From Balanoglossus misakiensis (lineage: Eukaryota > Animalia > Hemichordata): DNA of 64,000 nucleotides. Shown here piece after piece: positions 50,775-64,000 of this stretch. Every line of letters starts with the position of its first letter. Position 1 is the stretch's first letter. Location of the stretch: positions 7,505,129 through 7,569,128 of the forward strand of contig CM082576.2 of assembly GCA_040954595.2 (NCBI GenBank), given 5' to 3'. The notes beneath the pieces were generated by a model. It did not search any database and was not told the DNA's origin. It was given only the letters and a program-made list of their open reading frames with translations. The position numbers and the translations under genes were made by a program.

Positions 50775-53700
50775 TTAAGAAAATCAGCGTGATTATTTGC
50801 CTATCTGTGAGAGTGTTTATCCAATGGTTGTGACTGTTTCCTTTGTGTTTTTTCAGCTTCTGGGTTTGTTCAATAACTTGGCATGCTGCTTGATGGGAAA
50901 GATGATAAATGTTTATATATTTTGCGAAATTTCAGTGCTGACTCGCCAGTCTCTGATATTTTCACAGTGACATTTAAAAACGTTTACAAAAACAAAAGAA
51001 CTACATGTACTACTACTGTAATAATATTTATAACTTTACAAACATTTCTTTGCATATTTTAAGTAATTTCACACCATGTTCTGTACATGTAATGATGTAT
51101 GGAAGTGCATTTGTAAAAGTCAGAGTTTATCCTTTCTGTTATGACATACAATATATATACTGTAGCCATTGATGGATGCAACATTTGCTACATGTATATA
51201 AGGCAGTAAGTAATTAGTATAGACACATTGACAACCAACATTTCCTATCAGTATACTATGGGATATAACATAAATCTCGCAGCAGAGCTACAAATTACAT
51301 AAGAATTCAGACACAACAAACAAATGACCCCATCCTGTCCATGTTACATGTACCATCTGTTTTCTACATGTTCATCTGTCCAAAACCCTGAAGGCGGTTT
51401 CAAATTCAGTTCCAGTAAGGAGAGAGATTAGACTCTGTTCCTAGACCAGAGTGTAATCATGCATGAAATCACCAACATTATCACATTTCTCCTGGTAATT
51501 ATTAATAAGGGCCATTGCTTGGCTCAATGCCTCTCCCCATTTACTGTGAATATTTCCAAATGAGGTTACATTGTACATACTGTTACGAGCCTTGGCTGAG
51601 GCACATTTTCACCCAAGAGGTTTTTCGATGATTCACTAAATTATGGTTTTCCTGGTTTACCCCGTACATACATGTACATTGTAGCACCCGTTCCCGATCG
51701 AGACATATTGGGGGCACAGACCTGTGCAGGTTTTTATTTTTCGGAGAACAAAACTTTGGCGGGCGAAGATGGCTTTTGTCAATCAGAATCTCTGATGAAG
51801 TTTTAGATGGAAGAAACCTGGAATGCATCTGGATTTGATTTCTATCAGGAGCTGTTGAGTGAGCAGCATATGATGGCCGCTGTGAGCCGTGATTGAGATC
51901 TGTTAGGTGTTTGGTGGAATTGATGAATTGCCAGTAAGTTACGACCACCCAGATTAGAAGGTATGAGCTGTACACACGTGTCATGCATAGTTGCTTGCTT
52001 TCCACGTTGAACTCTGACCCTTCACCTCTGACCGCACACAGTGAGACCTGCTGCTAGTTAGAGGCAGCCACTTTCTGAGTTACAGCGTAACAGCGTGTGA
52101 CTGCAGATGGTGTGGTGCATTTTAGTCTATTTAGAAGGGAGGGACTGGCACTCCTGCTGAACAAATGGTATCAACCGCTAGGAAATTATAAGTTACATGT
52201 ACATGTAGTCCTGTCCACAAATGAATTTTGCCTGGGGCTAGCAGACTGCCGCCTGTGTCAAGCCCTGCTAATGGCATACCGTTTTTTTAAGTGCACACAT
52301 GTACATGATGTACAACATACGTCTAACATCAACATGCCACTGGTAACTTTGAAGGTGAGGTGACTGCCCTCTAACAGGACAGGGCAGCTTGTCATTGCCC
52401 ATGGCGATGTAAATCATCATCATCATCATCCAAGGGTATTGACCAGTCTACTTGCACATGTACTCGTGAGACCCCCAAGGCTTACGCAAAATAGGTCCAT
52501 GGACAACTCAGAAAACGTCTTCAAATCGCTCACTTTCTCTGTGTATATCCGATGAATGTGTTGAATAACTGAACAGCTTTCAATCACCCTCGCTGCCGCA
52601 TACGTAACGAGCACGCGAGGCTGAGACAACGAGAAATCCTGCAGGCTGCAGCGAGAAATTATTCCCTGTTACTGTCGAATGATTTGCCACAAACTGCATC
52701 ATGGGAAATGAGAATGTAATTTCTGGCAAATTGCATCGTTTGGAAACAAGTTAATTTTGTCGCCGGGTTTTATTTTATTCGTTCTGGGTGATCTTAAACA
52801 CCACTGTCGCAAGTCTGTTGATTTCCAAATGTTCAGGGGTTAATTGGGTTCACATTGAGAGGTCTGCATAGAATCTAGCCCCAGGTCACCTCCCTGGGGT
52901 CATATTGTATCAGCCTGGCTTTTCAATGCATTAAACGATCATAACATTGAGTCTGAGAGCAGTGAATGTCGCCCGACAATGTCCAGTTTTTTCTCATCGT
53001 CATTTAAATTTTCCTTTTAATGAAACGGTTCAATAAAATGTTACTATAGTACGCGATAAAAATGATTGCTTCCAGTTCAACTTCAACTCAGAAGTGCTGA
53101 TAAAATGATGTAGACTTGAGGCAAAACTATTAGAACACCCAGGTGGGCCTAGCCTGTCCCCTGTCTACATGTACAATGTATGTCTCACTTCTGACTTGCC
53201 ACAGACTTGTGTAGGCTTACCCTAGACCCTAACAGACAAGCCCATCAAAAGCTTACCACACAAGGAGAACTTACATGTTAATAACACAACTGCGTTGTGA
53301 ATATTAATTTTTTTTATGAACTGAAAAATGGTAACAATTATTAGTATGTAATACATCACCAAACAAGGTCAAATGGCTCACAGAAATATAAAAATAACAT
53401 ATGCTATGCAGATGTCCCAGTCTTTGATAGATGGCTAATCTGTTTTATTTTTTTAATGGTATGACATTTGCAAGGCTAGTGTAAATTGGGGACAAAAAGT
53501 AGGTCACCACTGGATGCTTGATAATCATCCTGATACAGTGTTAAGTTTTCATGTCAGGAAAATCTGCAGGGCATCGTTTTGTGGCAAATAAAAAATGATG
53601 TGAAACGTGCTGGGATCATCTGCGGATAGTAATATTGATGATCATTCACCAGGAAACAGAAAAAAACAGCACCTCTCATGATATATGTGTGTGTAACAGG

Positions 53701-55200
53701 TGGTTCTTTTAAAACTTGCAGCGAGGGCCCTTGTTGGTAATACACATGCCCCTGTGACTTTATCCGTCTTGTAACTGCCAAGAGTGAGTTATTAGTAATC
53801 CTGAAATGGAAAAGAGGAGTACACATCGCGTGATGACCTCTCATAATGTTGCCATGGAGACTGGCATACTATGTAAATACTGTTCCATTGGTTGAACTTT
53901 GACCTCTGTGGGTCTGTCATCCTTGCAGCGCAAATTCCGCAAAAGTGACCATACATCACGTGCAGACCCAGTGTTTATTTTCGCTCTTTTCTCCTGATGG
54001 GAAGCATGCTTGTGTAGACAATTTATTTGACCTTCCCAGCTATAACTGTCACTTGATTTATAGTCAACTGACATTTTAACGTTTTATATCGGACATGCAG
54101 TGTAACTGTCTGTGCAGCTGTATGGTGCATTGAAATCAAATGCAAAGAGCAACACTGCACATAAAATTGTGATGTTAGCAGAGTAAATATGCTGTGCTAT
54201 TTGTAATCATGAGCAAATATGCTCTACTGTTGGAATATTCAGATGTATGCAGTGTACCGTAAAATAGTTTAACTCTCTTATTTGAATTGTATTTTATGTT
54301 TAAATGTAGGTCATAATAATATACCAGATAGCAAATCTACAAATAAACATTTGCATGACTGACTGTATAATCAGTTTTGCATGTACGTTTGGATGTGTAA
54401 CTGTAAATATAACTTTATGTGTACCAGCTAAGCTTGACTTGTCCTAATTTTGCTAATTTTAAAATGTTGGCTTTTATTTAGACATGTGCCGGTACTGTCT
54501 ATTTTTTGCTGCCATCTTGTTATTTTTTACATGGAATGCATTGTGAAAACACTGACACAGAGACCTTGTGATGCATAATTGCAAGCACTGAACTATTCAC
54601 GTCTACCGCTGCTACATGGAAGCACACTTTGCGGACTGTTAACTTGGAAACAGGAACAATCGACTGACATAAACAGTTTTAATTTGTGCCATATATTTTT
54701 TATGTGTGTCCATAAAAAAGAAATCCTGGTAATAAAATATGTAGGGTAAAAATTGTCCGAATATGGGAAAGATGGATTTGGTAGCTAAAATATTCCATTG
54801 GTTTTAAAATTGATTATCTTTTAAACGCTGACTTGAATTTTATTGCCCCATTTTGGTGTGATCCTGTATAATACTGGTCCACTGGGAACTTCACATACAG
54901 TTGATCAGTTTCTTACCCAATGCATGACATGTATAAAATGGGTATAAATGTAAGGTACCGTTTGAATTGAAGAAAATTGGGGTTAATTCAATTTCTTCTA
55001 GACTTTCATAATCTGCCAGCTTCGTGACTGCTCTTGAATAGTCTAATACATTAAAAATATAGCTCTGACTTCGGAATCCGAGGTTGCCATGCCGACAATT
55101 GAATCCCGATTTCAATATCCCATGTGAGAGGACTTACATGTAATAATACCTCTTTCCGTTTCATTCTTTTCATGGGATTGCAAGGGGACTTCTTGATCAG

Positions 55201-55283
55201 TCACCCCCTATCCCTTTGTATATGTCCAAGTTTACCATATAGAAAACCACAGATTTGGACCGAACCATGCTGGTGACAGGTTA
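55201..55283. mobile_element. Decayed copy of the ~90-bp TIR element at 45303
   Basis: It shares colinear blocks with the first copy: tcaccccc, gtccaa.tt.acca, gatttggacc, aaccatg and ggtg..agg.ta. Confidence 0.5.
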
Positions 55284-56778
55284 TATGTACCTGTCCTATT
55301 GTCCCTTGCACTTCCCTGTTTCAATCTGAAGTACCTCAGTCTTTAGAGTTGAAAATGGCATTCAAGGAAAGTATGTGTATACATGTAGATAGATAATGAT
55401 GATGTCATGTGCTATTTCATTGTGCTTTCCTCAAGTGATGTTTGTTTGACTGTGGATGAACTTCAACTGGAATTTTTCCGACAAACGTTCTCCATGGCAA
55501 AACATGTTTTCCCCAGCGCAGTGTACGTGCATTTCTCACTGTTTCGTGACAACAGTATTAAAATCCAAATCGAACTCAGAGTGGATCGGAGGGCAGGCAA
55601 AGTGCATTTACATCGGTCCATGTTTGATTGAAGTGACAAGAATTGTCCAGATGCAAGGGAGCCATAAATATTTCAAATTGTGTTCTTGTTATATTACTTA
55701 CATACGTATGTACGTACCTGTTACATGTACATTGATTTGTACATGTACATGTGTATGCAGCCTTGCAAGTCATAAGTGTCCGCGAAACGGTTTGATAAGA
55801 GATTGAATCATGTGTGAAGTTCCCCTGTTAGACCGTTCTATTTGTGTAAATTACACAGAGCCAGTAAAGCAGCTCGGGACTGTTCGTAATCTAACAGCTT
55901 GCGTGATAATGTTTTCACACAATCCAAGTGGAAGTGGTGTGAGCGTGATAGCAATCGAAGAAATGGTAAATTAAGTCGGAGACTCATTACCACAGGGAGA
56001 AGTACATCTGCCTGTGTGGGTAATGATTCAATTGATGTACAATCATGTATACGTGGATGAGAGGAAACGCTGTTAAGTCCCTTCAACTTAATTTTCACCC
56101 CAAACACTTTCATGGAATATCATTTAGACTATAACTGACAGACTGGGAAATAGAGTTTGAAAGGGGTCAGTGTACCTCGATGTGACCTGACAGAAGTGAT
56201 GTCTGGAATGATACTTGTAAAATCCTGATTTAGAGGAGAAATACTGTCGCGATTTTATTTGCGAGTGTAAGTGAGTGCGACGGCTACAGTAGTTGAGAGG
56301 CTGTTTAATATTCCATGATGCTGTGTTGTTACTGCACTTTGACAAGTAGTCATCGATGTAAACACGCAAGCATGCTGACAATTTTATACACCGCCTGGTC
56401 AACCAAACCAGGAGTCTCTTGAAAATGCTCGAACATGGGTTCTCAGTTCGTGGTAAGCTCCTTTCATTCAGCATTTGCCCGGGAATTCTTTATCTGAAAA
56501 GAGGATTGTTTCTCAATCTGCAGTCCATAAGTGCATTTCAGTTAATCGTGAGATTACATGTTTTTGCACTGTAATTGATCATCCGAGATAAATTGAACAG
56601 AACCAGTGAGACAGAAACTACTTATCTACGGGTCATCAGTTTTTAATATTTACACTGTCTCTTCGTCATAATTATTTAAAGGACCGTAATTGTTTAGTTT
56701 AGTGATCAGGTTGTCAATCACTCTGAGGTAAAATTGGACCAAGTGGAATAGTGTCGGAGAAAGAAAGCCTGTCAACTT

Positions 56779-56817
56779 TCAGAGAGAGAGAGAGAGGGGG
56801 GGGGGGGGGGGGGGGGG
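56779..56817. repeat. (AG)n followed by poly-G run
   Basis: Directly visible. Confidence 0.85.
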
Positions 56818-57250
56818 TTATGTCTTGAACATCAGGAATAGGAAATTGCTACAGCATTCCAATATATGGAGATTTCAGTTTGCGCATGCCGTACTGTATG
56901 ACTCATGGAACATTCAAAGATAACTGCTCAGTGATGAAGTCTCGTCATAGGATTTCTTTGTATAATTAGTAGGTGTAAAATTTCTTGTCAAGTACATGCA
57001 GAATCCACAACAGAATTTAGAAAGCCGAGAATTTTCCGTCACCCGTGTTTTTGTGTGAAACGCCTAAGCCCAGGAAACACCGGAAATAAACTGCTGCCGA
57101 TACAGGAACGTACGTCACTGCAGTTCAATCGCCTTGTGTCATAGAAAAAAAAAGGAGATGAAGAATGAATAAAGTGACATGAAGGTTCTTGAGAGGCAAA
57201 AGTCATTAAGTCTTGATTTTCTCTGCTTGTAGTTGCGGTGTATATTGATA

Positions 57251-57264
57251 GTTGCCATAGCAAC
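57251..57264. promoter_or_regulatory. RFX X-box motif
   Basis: GTTGCCATAGCAAC is a near-perfect palindromic X-box. Confidence 0.45.
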
Positions 57265-59374
57265 AGCTGATGTCATTTTGGTCTGTGGATGTGAGCCAAT
57301 TGCAAGGATCAGGCAGCTCGCTGCATTGGGGGGTCGGTCTCAGTGGGTATTTGGGTGTCTAATCATTCTGACGACATCGTGATCAAAAATCATCTATAAA
57401 ATGTACTTTGATATGGTCATATATTTTCCACTGTAATGTGCCTGAATTTGGGATAAAGTAGATGACATTGGCCAGTAAGTACATTTCCAGATCAGCCAAA
57501 TTGACTGTAAAGGTCATTGAACAGAGACCGGCTACCGTGTCCAATCATGTACACAAGTGAATTACAAACAAAATGCACAGCAATTCTCAATTTGTATTGT
57601 AAATTATTCATAGTTTCATTTCGTTTGCCTTTTTGTGTTGACATTCTTTGATTCGGGTTAAGTGATAATAACAGGTAGGGCATCTCAGCGGGCGATCTTT
57701 TCTGGAAGTGTCTGAAATGATGACATGACCATCCTCATTTTCAGGTCTTATTTTTGTGAATGCGGTTTTCCACAGAAACTCATTAGGTTTACTTTTTCTC
57801 AAAGCTATTAATGGCGACAGCTGGTTGTTGGTGTGTGATTTGGTTACTCTATAGTCGCCATACTTACAATACTTGCCACCCACTACACATGCAGGATTAT
57901 GACTACGGTAGCAATTTCGTAGCAAAGGAAATGGCATTAGAATATTGGACTGGTATCCAGGGAAACTGGGATGTGATATTTTTCAAATTGCTGTGACATT
58001 CGGTCTGTACGTCTCAGAACGACTGGTTTTCCTACGACAGATTTAAATCTTACTTTGCTGTCAGTAAGAGAGAGAGAGAGAAAACATTTTCTCCCTTTCC
58101 TGTGGATTATTCCGAGATGAAGTCTGCATCTCCACGGTTCAAGGAAGTTGTCTGCTTCTGGGGGATTTTGTGTAGTGTTTAGTCTGATTGCTAAGTGACA
58201 GTTTCCTCTTGTTGCTAAGCAACCGACTTGCCGCATGCTGAGTGGGGCCCATCACTTCTCGGCACCACCCCATGTCTCTTCATTATCTGCTCGATGTGGC
58301 TGCTGTCGTCCTCACAAAGTGCGCGACAGCTTTGTTGATGTCGAGGCTCTTTCAAACATCATTACTTTTGTGATAAATATTTCTTGGGAAATGGAATACA
58401 TCAAGCAGAGAGCTTAATCCCTTTTGAATGCCAGGTATTTCTTCACAGTCAGGCTTGGTTGAAAAGCACATACATTGTATTTCGCTTTGCAGATGTGATG
58501 TTAGTTGTTTAATACTCATAGGTGTGTCTGTGCCAACAAGAATGCAAAGTGACCAAGTCAGGATGGTTATTGGAGGGCTTTTAATTACCCTGGCGAAGAA
58601 TAAATCCTCCAAACCCCTCTACCCCTCCCCCCTCAATTCACAGTCACCCCTAATATAGAAGGACTGCGTCCAATTACATCGATCAGCAGTCATTTTTGAA
58701 GGCCAAGCCTATAGACCCTTTTCTCAAGGCTGTTGACCGCTGATGTCTAAATTGAAAAATAAATGATTGATGTGTTACAGCACAGAAACATGATAAGGAT
58801 AACAGTGATAAATATAGCAGTGTTTGTGCCGATATCACTTTAACCAACAGCAGAAGCGTGATTGATGGGCGATCAATTTTTTTGAGCAGATTCCGTTTTA
58901 CAGAGCGAGGTATTCTGATCGATTGTTGGAACATGCTGGCATTGAGCGGAGATCAACACAACTGTTTGGCTGATAACGAATGTTGTCAAACTCCTGCAGA
59001 CATTGATTTTGCTCGACTCGCTCTTTGATGACATTTTGTGAGAGTTTATCATAATTGCGTTACCTCTCTGACGCCCTGAGCGCAGACAAATTCCACCTGA
59101 ACTGCCGTTTGTGTCAGTTTATGGATCACTTTACTTTTTAAACTCGCGTATACATGCATGACACAACAACCGACTGAGTTCTGCTGTATAATTCTCTCGC
59201 AGCAATCCAGAATGCGTCATTCTGTTGGTGTCTGTGGTTTTCAGTACAGTGCGGTTTTCACCAATCACAACATTGATTGATGTACTGGTCTGTTTCACAG
59301 ACAAGATGGCCAATTCTTTAACCTTTTTTCGAAGGAATGTGTATGTAGTGCATTCTAGGGATGTAACTTAACAC

Positions 59375-59400
59375 GGGGGGGGGGGGGGGGGGGGGGGGGG
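59375..59400. repeat. Poly-G homopolymer
   Basis: About 26 consecutive G. Confidence 0.9.
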
Positions 59401-62400
59401 AATTGTAGGTCTTCCCTAACGCAATTTACCTAATGCTGAAAATTAGCTAATCTACTTACAATGAATTCCACAGGGGTCAAACCGTGCCGGTTACCCACTG
59501 ATCAAGATTATGTGTAGTTTCAGATTGCACCAGACTCAAATCTGTTTGGTTTTTATCCCAGATTTTGCTTTCCCGGACTCTCTTTCCACCATGCCGAAGG
59601 TGCTTAGGTTAATTTTCTGGCGATGTTCGACGCCCACGTTGTCACGGCTACCCGGATAAAGAACGGATTCCCTTCCATCAATTTGTAATGTGAGCAAACA
59701 TGGAATCTCCAGTCGGAGTGACATTCTGTTAAGATTGAAAGAGGCTTGAGGTGTACAGTGTTAAGGTAGCCAATTACAGATGTCACCAGCAGCTGTCAAT
59801 AGAATGGCTTGTTGTGTACAACTCCTATCTGGTATTGTGTCAGGGATCAATAGCTGTGTGTCATTTAATGTGCTTTCGCGTCAGTATATTCTTGTTAGCC
59901 TTTTTTTTCACAAAGCAGTTTTTTGTTCATTGTGTCGACAGATATTATCGTGAGATGTGCAATTTTCTAATCAGCGTGCTTGTGTAAGTGGCTTTTCAAA
60001 TGATGTCTGTCGTACCGTAGCGTATCCGTGATCCAGCCACACAGTGGAAATCTATTTCTGTATTGTGTGAAGAAAGAGGATCATATCTTAGCACCAAATA
60101 TGGAGAGATATTGACTTTCTACCTTCAACAAACTCTCAAATGGTCTATTATTTATGTTTCAAGGTGAGTCTTATCAGTACTTATCAAGGATGAAGCCAAC
60201 CAAGCTTTTGCCACGCCCATGAATTCATTTTCCAAAATAAGAGATATTAAATTGCAATTCTTATCCCTCTCCAAGGCAACAAAAATCATATTTCTGATGG
60301 CCTTCATTTTGAGAAAATTAATGAAATTCATCTGTTGATAACTCTTCAAGGATACCAACATCACCATGTAATACAGAGAGCGTGAGAGAAGATTGGAATA
60401 TGTTTACTAGATTCAATCTTGATACGTCCATCAATATATTAGACACACCGGCGTATGTCGATCTTGAAACATTGATCAGTAAGAGTCCCTCGAGAATCTA
60501 TGGATGAAATTAGTAAAGTTCTGTGTACAATGTAGGAGCCCAGTTTCACCAGAATGTGGTGTTGTTGAAATTTAGTCTCAATCCATGTTTTGTGTGTCTT
60601 CGGTTTCGTAACTCATGTTTTTCCAATGTTGGAAATGGAGCAGCCCAAGGAAAGAAAAACTGTTTCCTTTGTATAAGAAATATGAAAGATTTTATGTACT
60701 CTTGAAATTTAATGGAAATTTTAGATATAGAAGTTGTATAGTACATTTATCTCCCTTGGAAACTCTTCATTTGTTTCCTTTTAGCTGCATAAAACGCAAA
60801 TTGACTGTTTCAAATATTGGTACATTATTGAAGATGGCTTTATAATAAATGGACACATCCGTTCTTCCTCATAGCCACATTTATAAGTAAGCTTTTTGCT
60901 GAGCAGATCAGCCGCTGGGCATTCACGAAACATCTACAAATGTACATTGCGGTAAAATGTCAAATTTTGCACTCGGAATACTCTGCAACCTATAAATTCA
61001 TTTGCTCAAAATGGGATTTATTGATGCAGAAATATGGTTCGTCTTATGTTCACTGTGGTTGTTTGCTTTGTCAGAGCACAAAGATTAATAAAAGAAATCT
61101 CAGAAAAAGAATGCTTGCAGGCAAATGGGACTGCAGTTGTTCGTTTTGTTATCAGTCGTTACTTGAAAGCCTTTCTGAGACACTATGAGGTTTTATGGAG
61201 TATCGTAAAACTGCCGAAGCCGTCTTTTTCTGGTTTGATTTTTAGTGTCTCAAATCTTGTCATATTTTGATCGCATTTTAATGAGAAAGGTTTGCATATT
61301 ACTGTAACATGGTTGCTGTTTTATCACTGAAGCTATAGCAGAGAGGATTTGATTGTCAGATCTTGGGTGTTTTTAAAAGTTGGCAGATTGGTGCATCACA
61401 GACAGACACTGACTGGCCCTTGAGGGCGCTTTCCTCACTGACTGATGGCAGACTGCAATCTCTCACTGAGGAAATTACAAATTTTCAAAACACCTTTAAT
61501 AACGATAATGCGCATGAAATTAATCTCTTTCAAAGCATGGCTTATAATTATATTGCTCGTCTATTTTTGGCATTTTTGATGTGTGTGTGCTTTGGCCACA
61601 CATCAAACTCTGCTGTACGTTGGATGTACATGCACGTATCTTCATATGGGAATGCATTTGGCCAAAGCCAAGATGGTTCTTCCATCGTCAATAGGCAAGC
61701 ATGTTTATTTGGGAGACTGTACCACTACCAGACTTCGCCGTTGTAGCCAAGTGGGCGAGATGGTTCGCATATTGAGATATTCTCCATGGCCGTCACATAG
61801 ATAAGTGCCAGAGTACACTGCCCTCACATGGTCAGAATGCTGAGGATACTGTCAGTGATGATATTCGATTACCAGTTCATTTTTCAGTTCACTACACAGT
61901 GATCCAAGTATTACTCATAATATATCACATTCATCTCAGCATTTAAAATATGGAGTGTGAGGATTACATACAGTCAAGTGACGCTGTGTGTAGTGAGAGT
62001 GAAATTCGTTAATGATAGTCAAGCTACGATTGGTTAGAAGTTGTAGGGATTTTTTTTACTGTTGTTGAATTAATAGCTCATGACATTTGAGTTGTGTTAG
62101 AATCCCCTTGGGAACAGCGCTTAGCATGTTGATGAGTTTGACATGCCTGTAGAAATTGAGTAGTCTTGTATGTTTTGTGTGCGGATTAGAAAGTTTTCAG
62201 TCCTGCAGGTACACGAAACAGTAGCACACAGGTCTGCAGGTGAGGATCGAAACTGCCTAATGGCTCTGGGAGACATGTTATCGTGACTTGTCTGCTGAAA
62301 TTAATAGTCAGAATAGGTTTCAGTAAGTGATTGCCAGATCGGGGCTTTTCATGCTCTCTAGACTGTCAGCTTCCATATTGAACCTGTAGATAAAAAAACC

Positions 62401-64000
62401 CAGCAAGCGACAGTGAGCGCCTGATTACTGTTGCATATCTTTCCACATTTTGTTGTTGGAAATTAACAATGGAATCACATCCTTCACTGTGACACTTGAA
62501 AACCCATACACTGCACTCCTGTACTGTCATGCAAATTTCGCAAAGAATTCCTTCAAGCGCAGTGTGCATTTTAAACACACCCTTTTTTAAACCACCGAGG
62601 TTTGTCTGGTCACAAAAATGCCAGGCATTTACAATTGGACAACAAAGACATATGGTGAAATGTACAACGGTGATAGATTTATTGGGTGTAGATTGTCGAC
62701 TGTGAATTTTGTCAATGCGTAGTGGCTCTCTTGAATCAGCTGTACCAGTTAGAAGTTGATGAGGTTTGTTTTTGCGTAGTGGACCGGTTTTTGGGAGGTT
62801 TACGTTATAGTTCTGTTCTCATCACCCTTTTTTGTCCCCCCGCAATTGGACTGGAAATTCTGAGGGCTTCTGTACGTTGCCGACCAATTGAAGCGCAAAA
62901 GGGGTGCTCCTCATTTGCATATTTTGAGGGGCAGTAAATTACAAGACAGTTACACCCTTTTCAGTGTTGTGTTCGTACAAGATTTGCAAAATGTGTAAAT
63001 TAAATTCATACACCACTGTCCAGTGCATCTTTTGTAGTCATTTCTTCAGTTTCTGCGATTACTGTACCTCTGATTATAATGACATGGTTTTCAGGACAAG
63101 CTGTGTACCCCATACAGCAGGACAGATACACAGTGAAAGTGCTGTATATGCAAATGTCTATAAGGCTTATTATCATATACCAGAGGCTTTTTTGTCATCA
63201 CCCATAATACCCAGCAGGGGCCTCTAGTTTTAACGCTATGGCGGTGATATGTCGGTAACAGTGAAAAGTTTTGCCGAAACTCTTCATGATACTGTGCTAG
63301 ACAGCCCACTTCACCTCGTCCGTCAACTGCACACACCGACAAAATGTGGAGGCTAAGGTAATTCAGTTGTCTCGTGTTGTTGTGTTAATACACGTTGTTA
63401 ATTGGGCGTCGATCTGATCTGGTGATCTGACTGTTTTGTTTGTGAAAAGGCAAAGTGAAGCAGGCATGAATTCACTGGAAGGTCTTTTAACAATAGTGTT
63501 GTGGTCATGAGTTCTGCTGTGTCTGGTTATACAAAGTGTGAGAGAGACACATTAATGAGAGTGGCGCGTGAAAAAGTTGTGGACAGAGAGATTTCCCAGT
63601 AGCATTTTTCTCTAATCTTGAGTTACTGTAAGTAGTATTAGGACACACGGACATCCTCTTTGGAAGTGGGGAACTTGTTGCTGTTATTAATCACACTTCG
63701 GTCTTGCGTTTTAAAATCAATCAATGGGCAACTGACCACATTTTAGGTTTTGGGACCACGTACAATTCCGGTGTGGTTGGTGCCCATGGAAGGCAGTTTG
63801 ACAAAACATTACAGTACACACATTGTTACAATCAATTGAACATGACTTGAAAAGAAACATCAACCATACCAGCAGAGTTGTCGACACCGATGATGTTTTT
63901 ATTGTCATCTGCCGATGTTGTGTATGTCAGATATTTTGTTCACCAAGAGAGCTCACACGGCCGGGCCATTAAAAGTGGTCTTGTTCCAGTTCAATTGATG

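Noticed and set aside
45400-64000. Many 60-140-aa ORFs and frequent TACATGTA palindromes
   Set aside because: The ORFs lack domain signatures and phase-consistent exon chains. TACATGTA is scattered with no regular spacing and looks like a genome-wide compositional feature. Small real exons cannot be excluded.

Overview
This is eukaryotic DNA with GT-AG introns, AT-rich introns and microsatellites. The gene content suggests a marine invertebrate deuterostome such as a hemichordate, but that is an inference. I spliced the gene models by hand from donor/acceptor sites with phase checks. In order, the window holds: (1) the 3' part of a SANT/Myb-domain gene with a long K/R-rich tail; (2) a head-to-head pair of intron-containing histone genes, a divergent H2A variant (-) and a canonical-sequence H4 (+); (3) a 3-exon IL-17-family cytokine gene with a kB site and AU-rich elements, followed by an inverted, decayed IL-17 copy; (4) a small secreted Cys-rich orphan gene; (5) a 743-bp solo LTR with a 4-bp target-site duplication; (6) an arylsulfatase B-like gene (-) with one GC-AG intron, head-to-head with a small death-domain-only gene; (7) an 18-coding-exon gene for a ~3,291-aa type I membrane protein; (8) about 20 kb with no convincing coding sequence, holding several RFX X-box motifs and two copies of a tiny TIR element. 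Gene 7 is the most striking feature. It encodes 16 tandem lamin-tail-like (LTD) domains of the kind found in bacterial secreted proteins, one TM helix, and a short tail with an LDLR-type FDNPxY internalisation motif, so it is a candidate endocytic receptor of an unfamiliar architecture.
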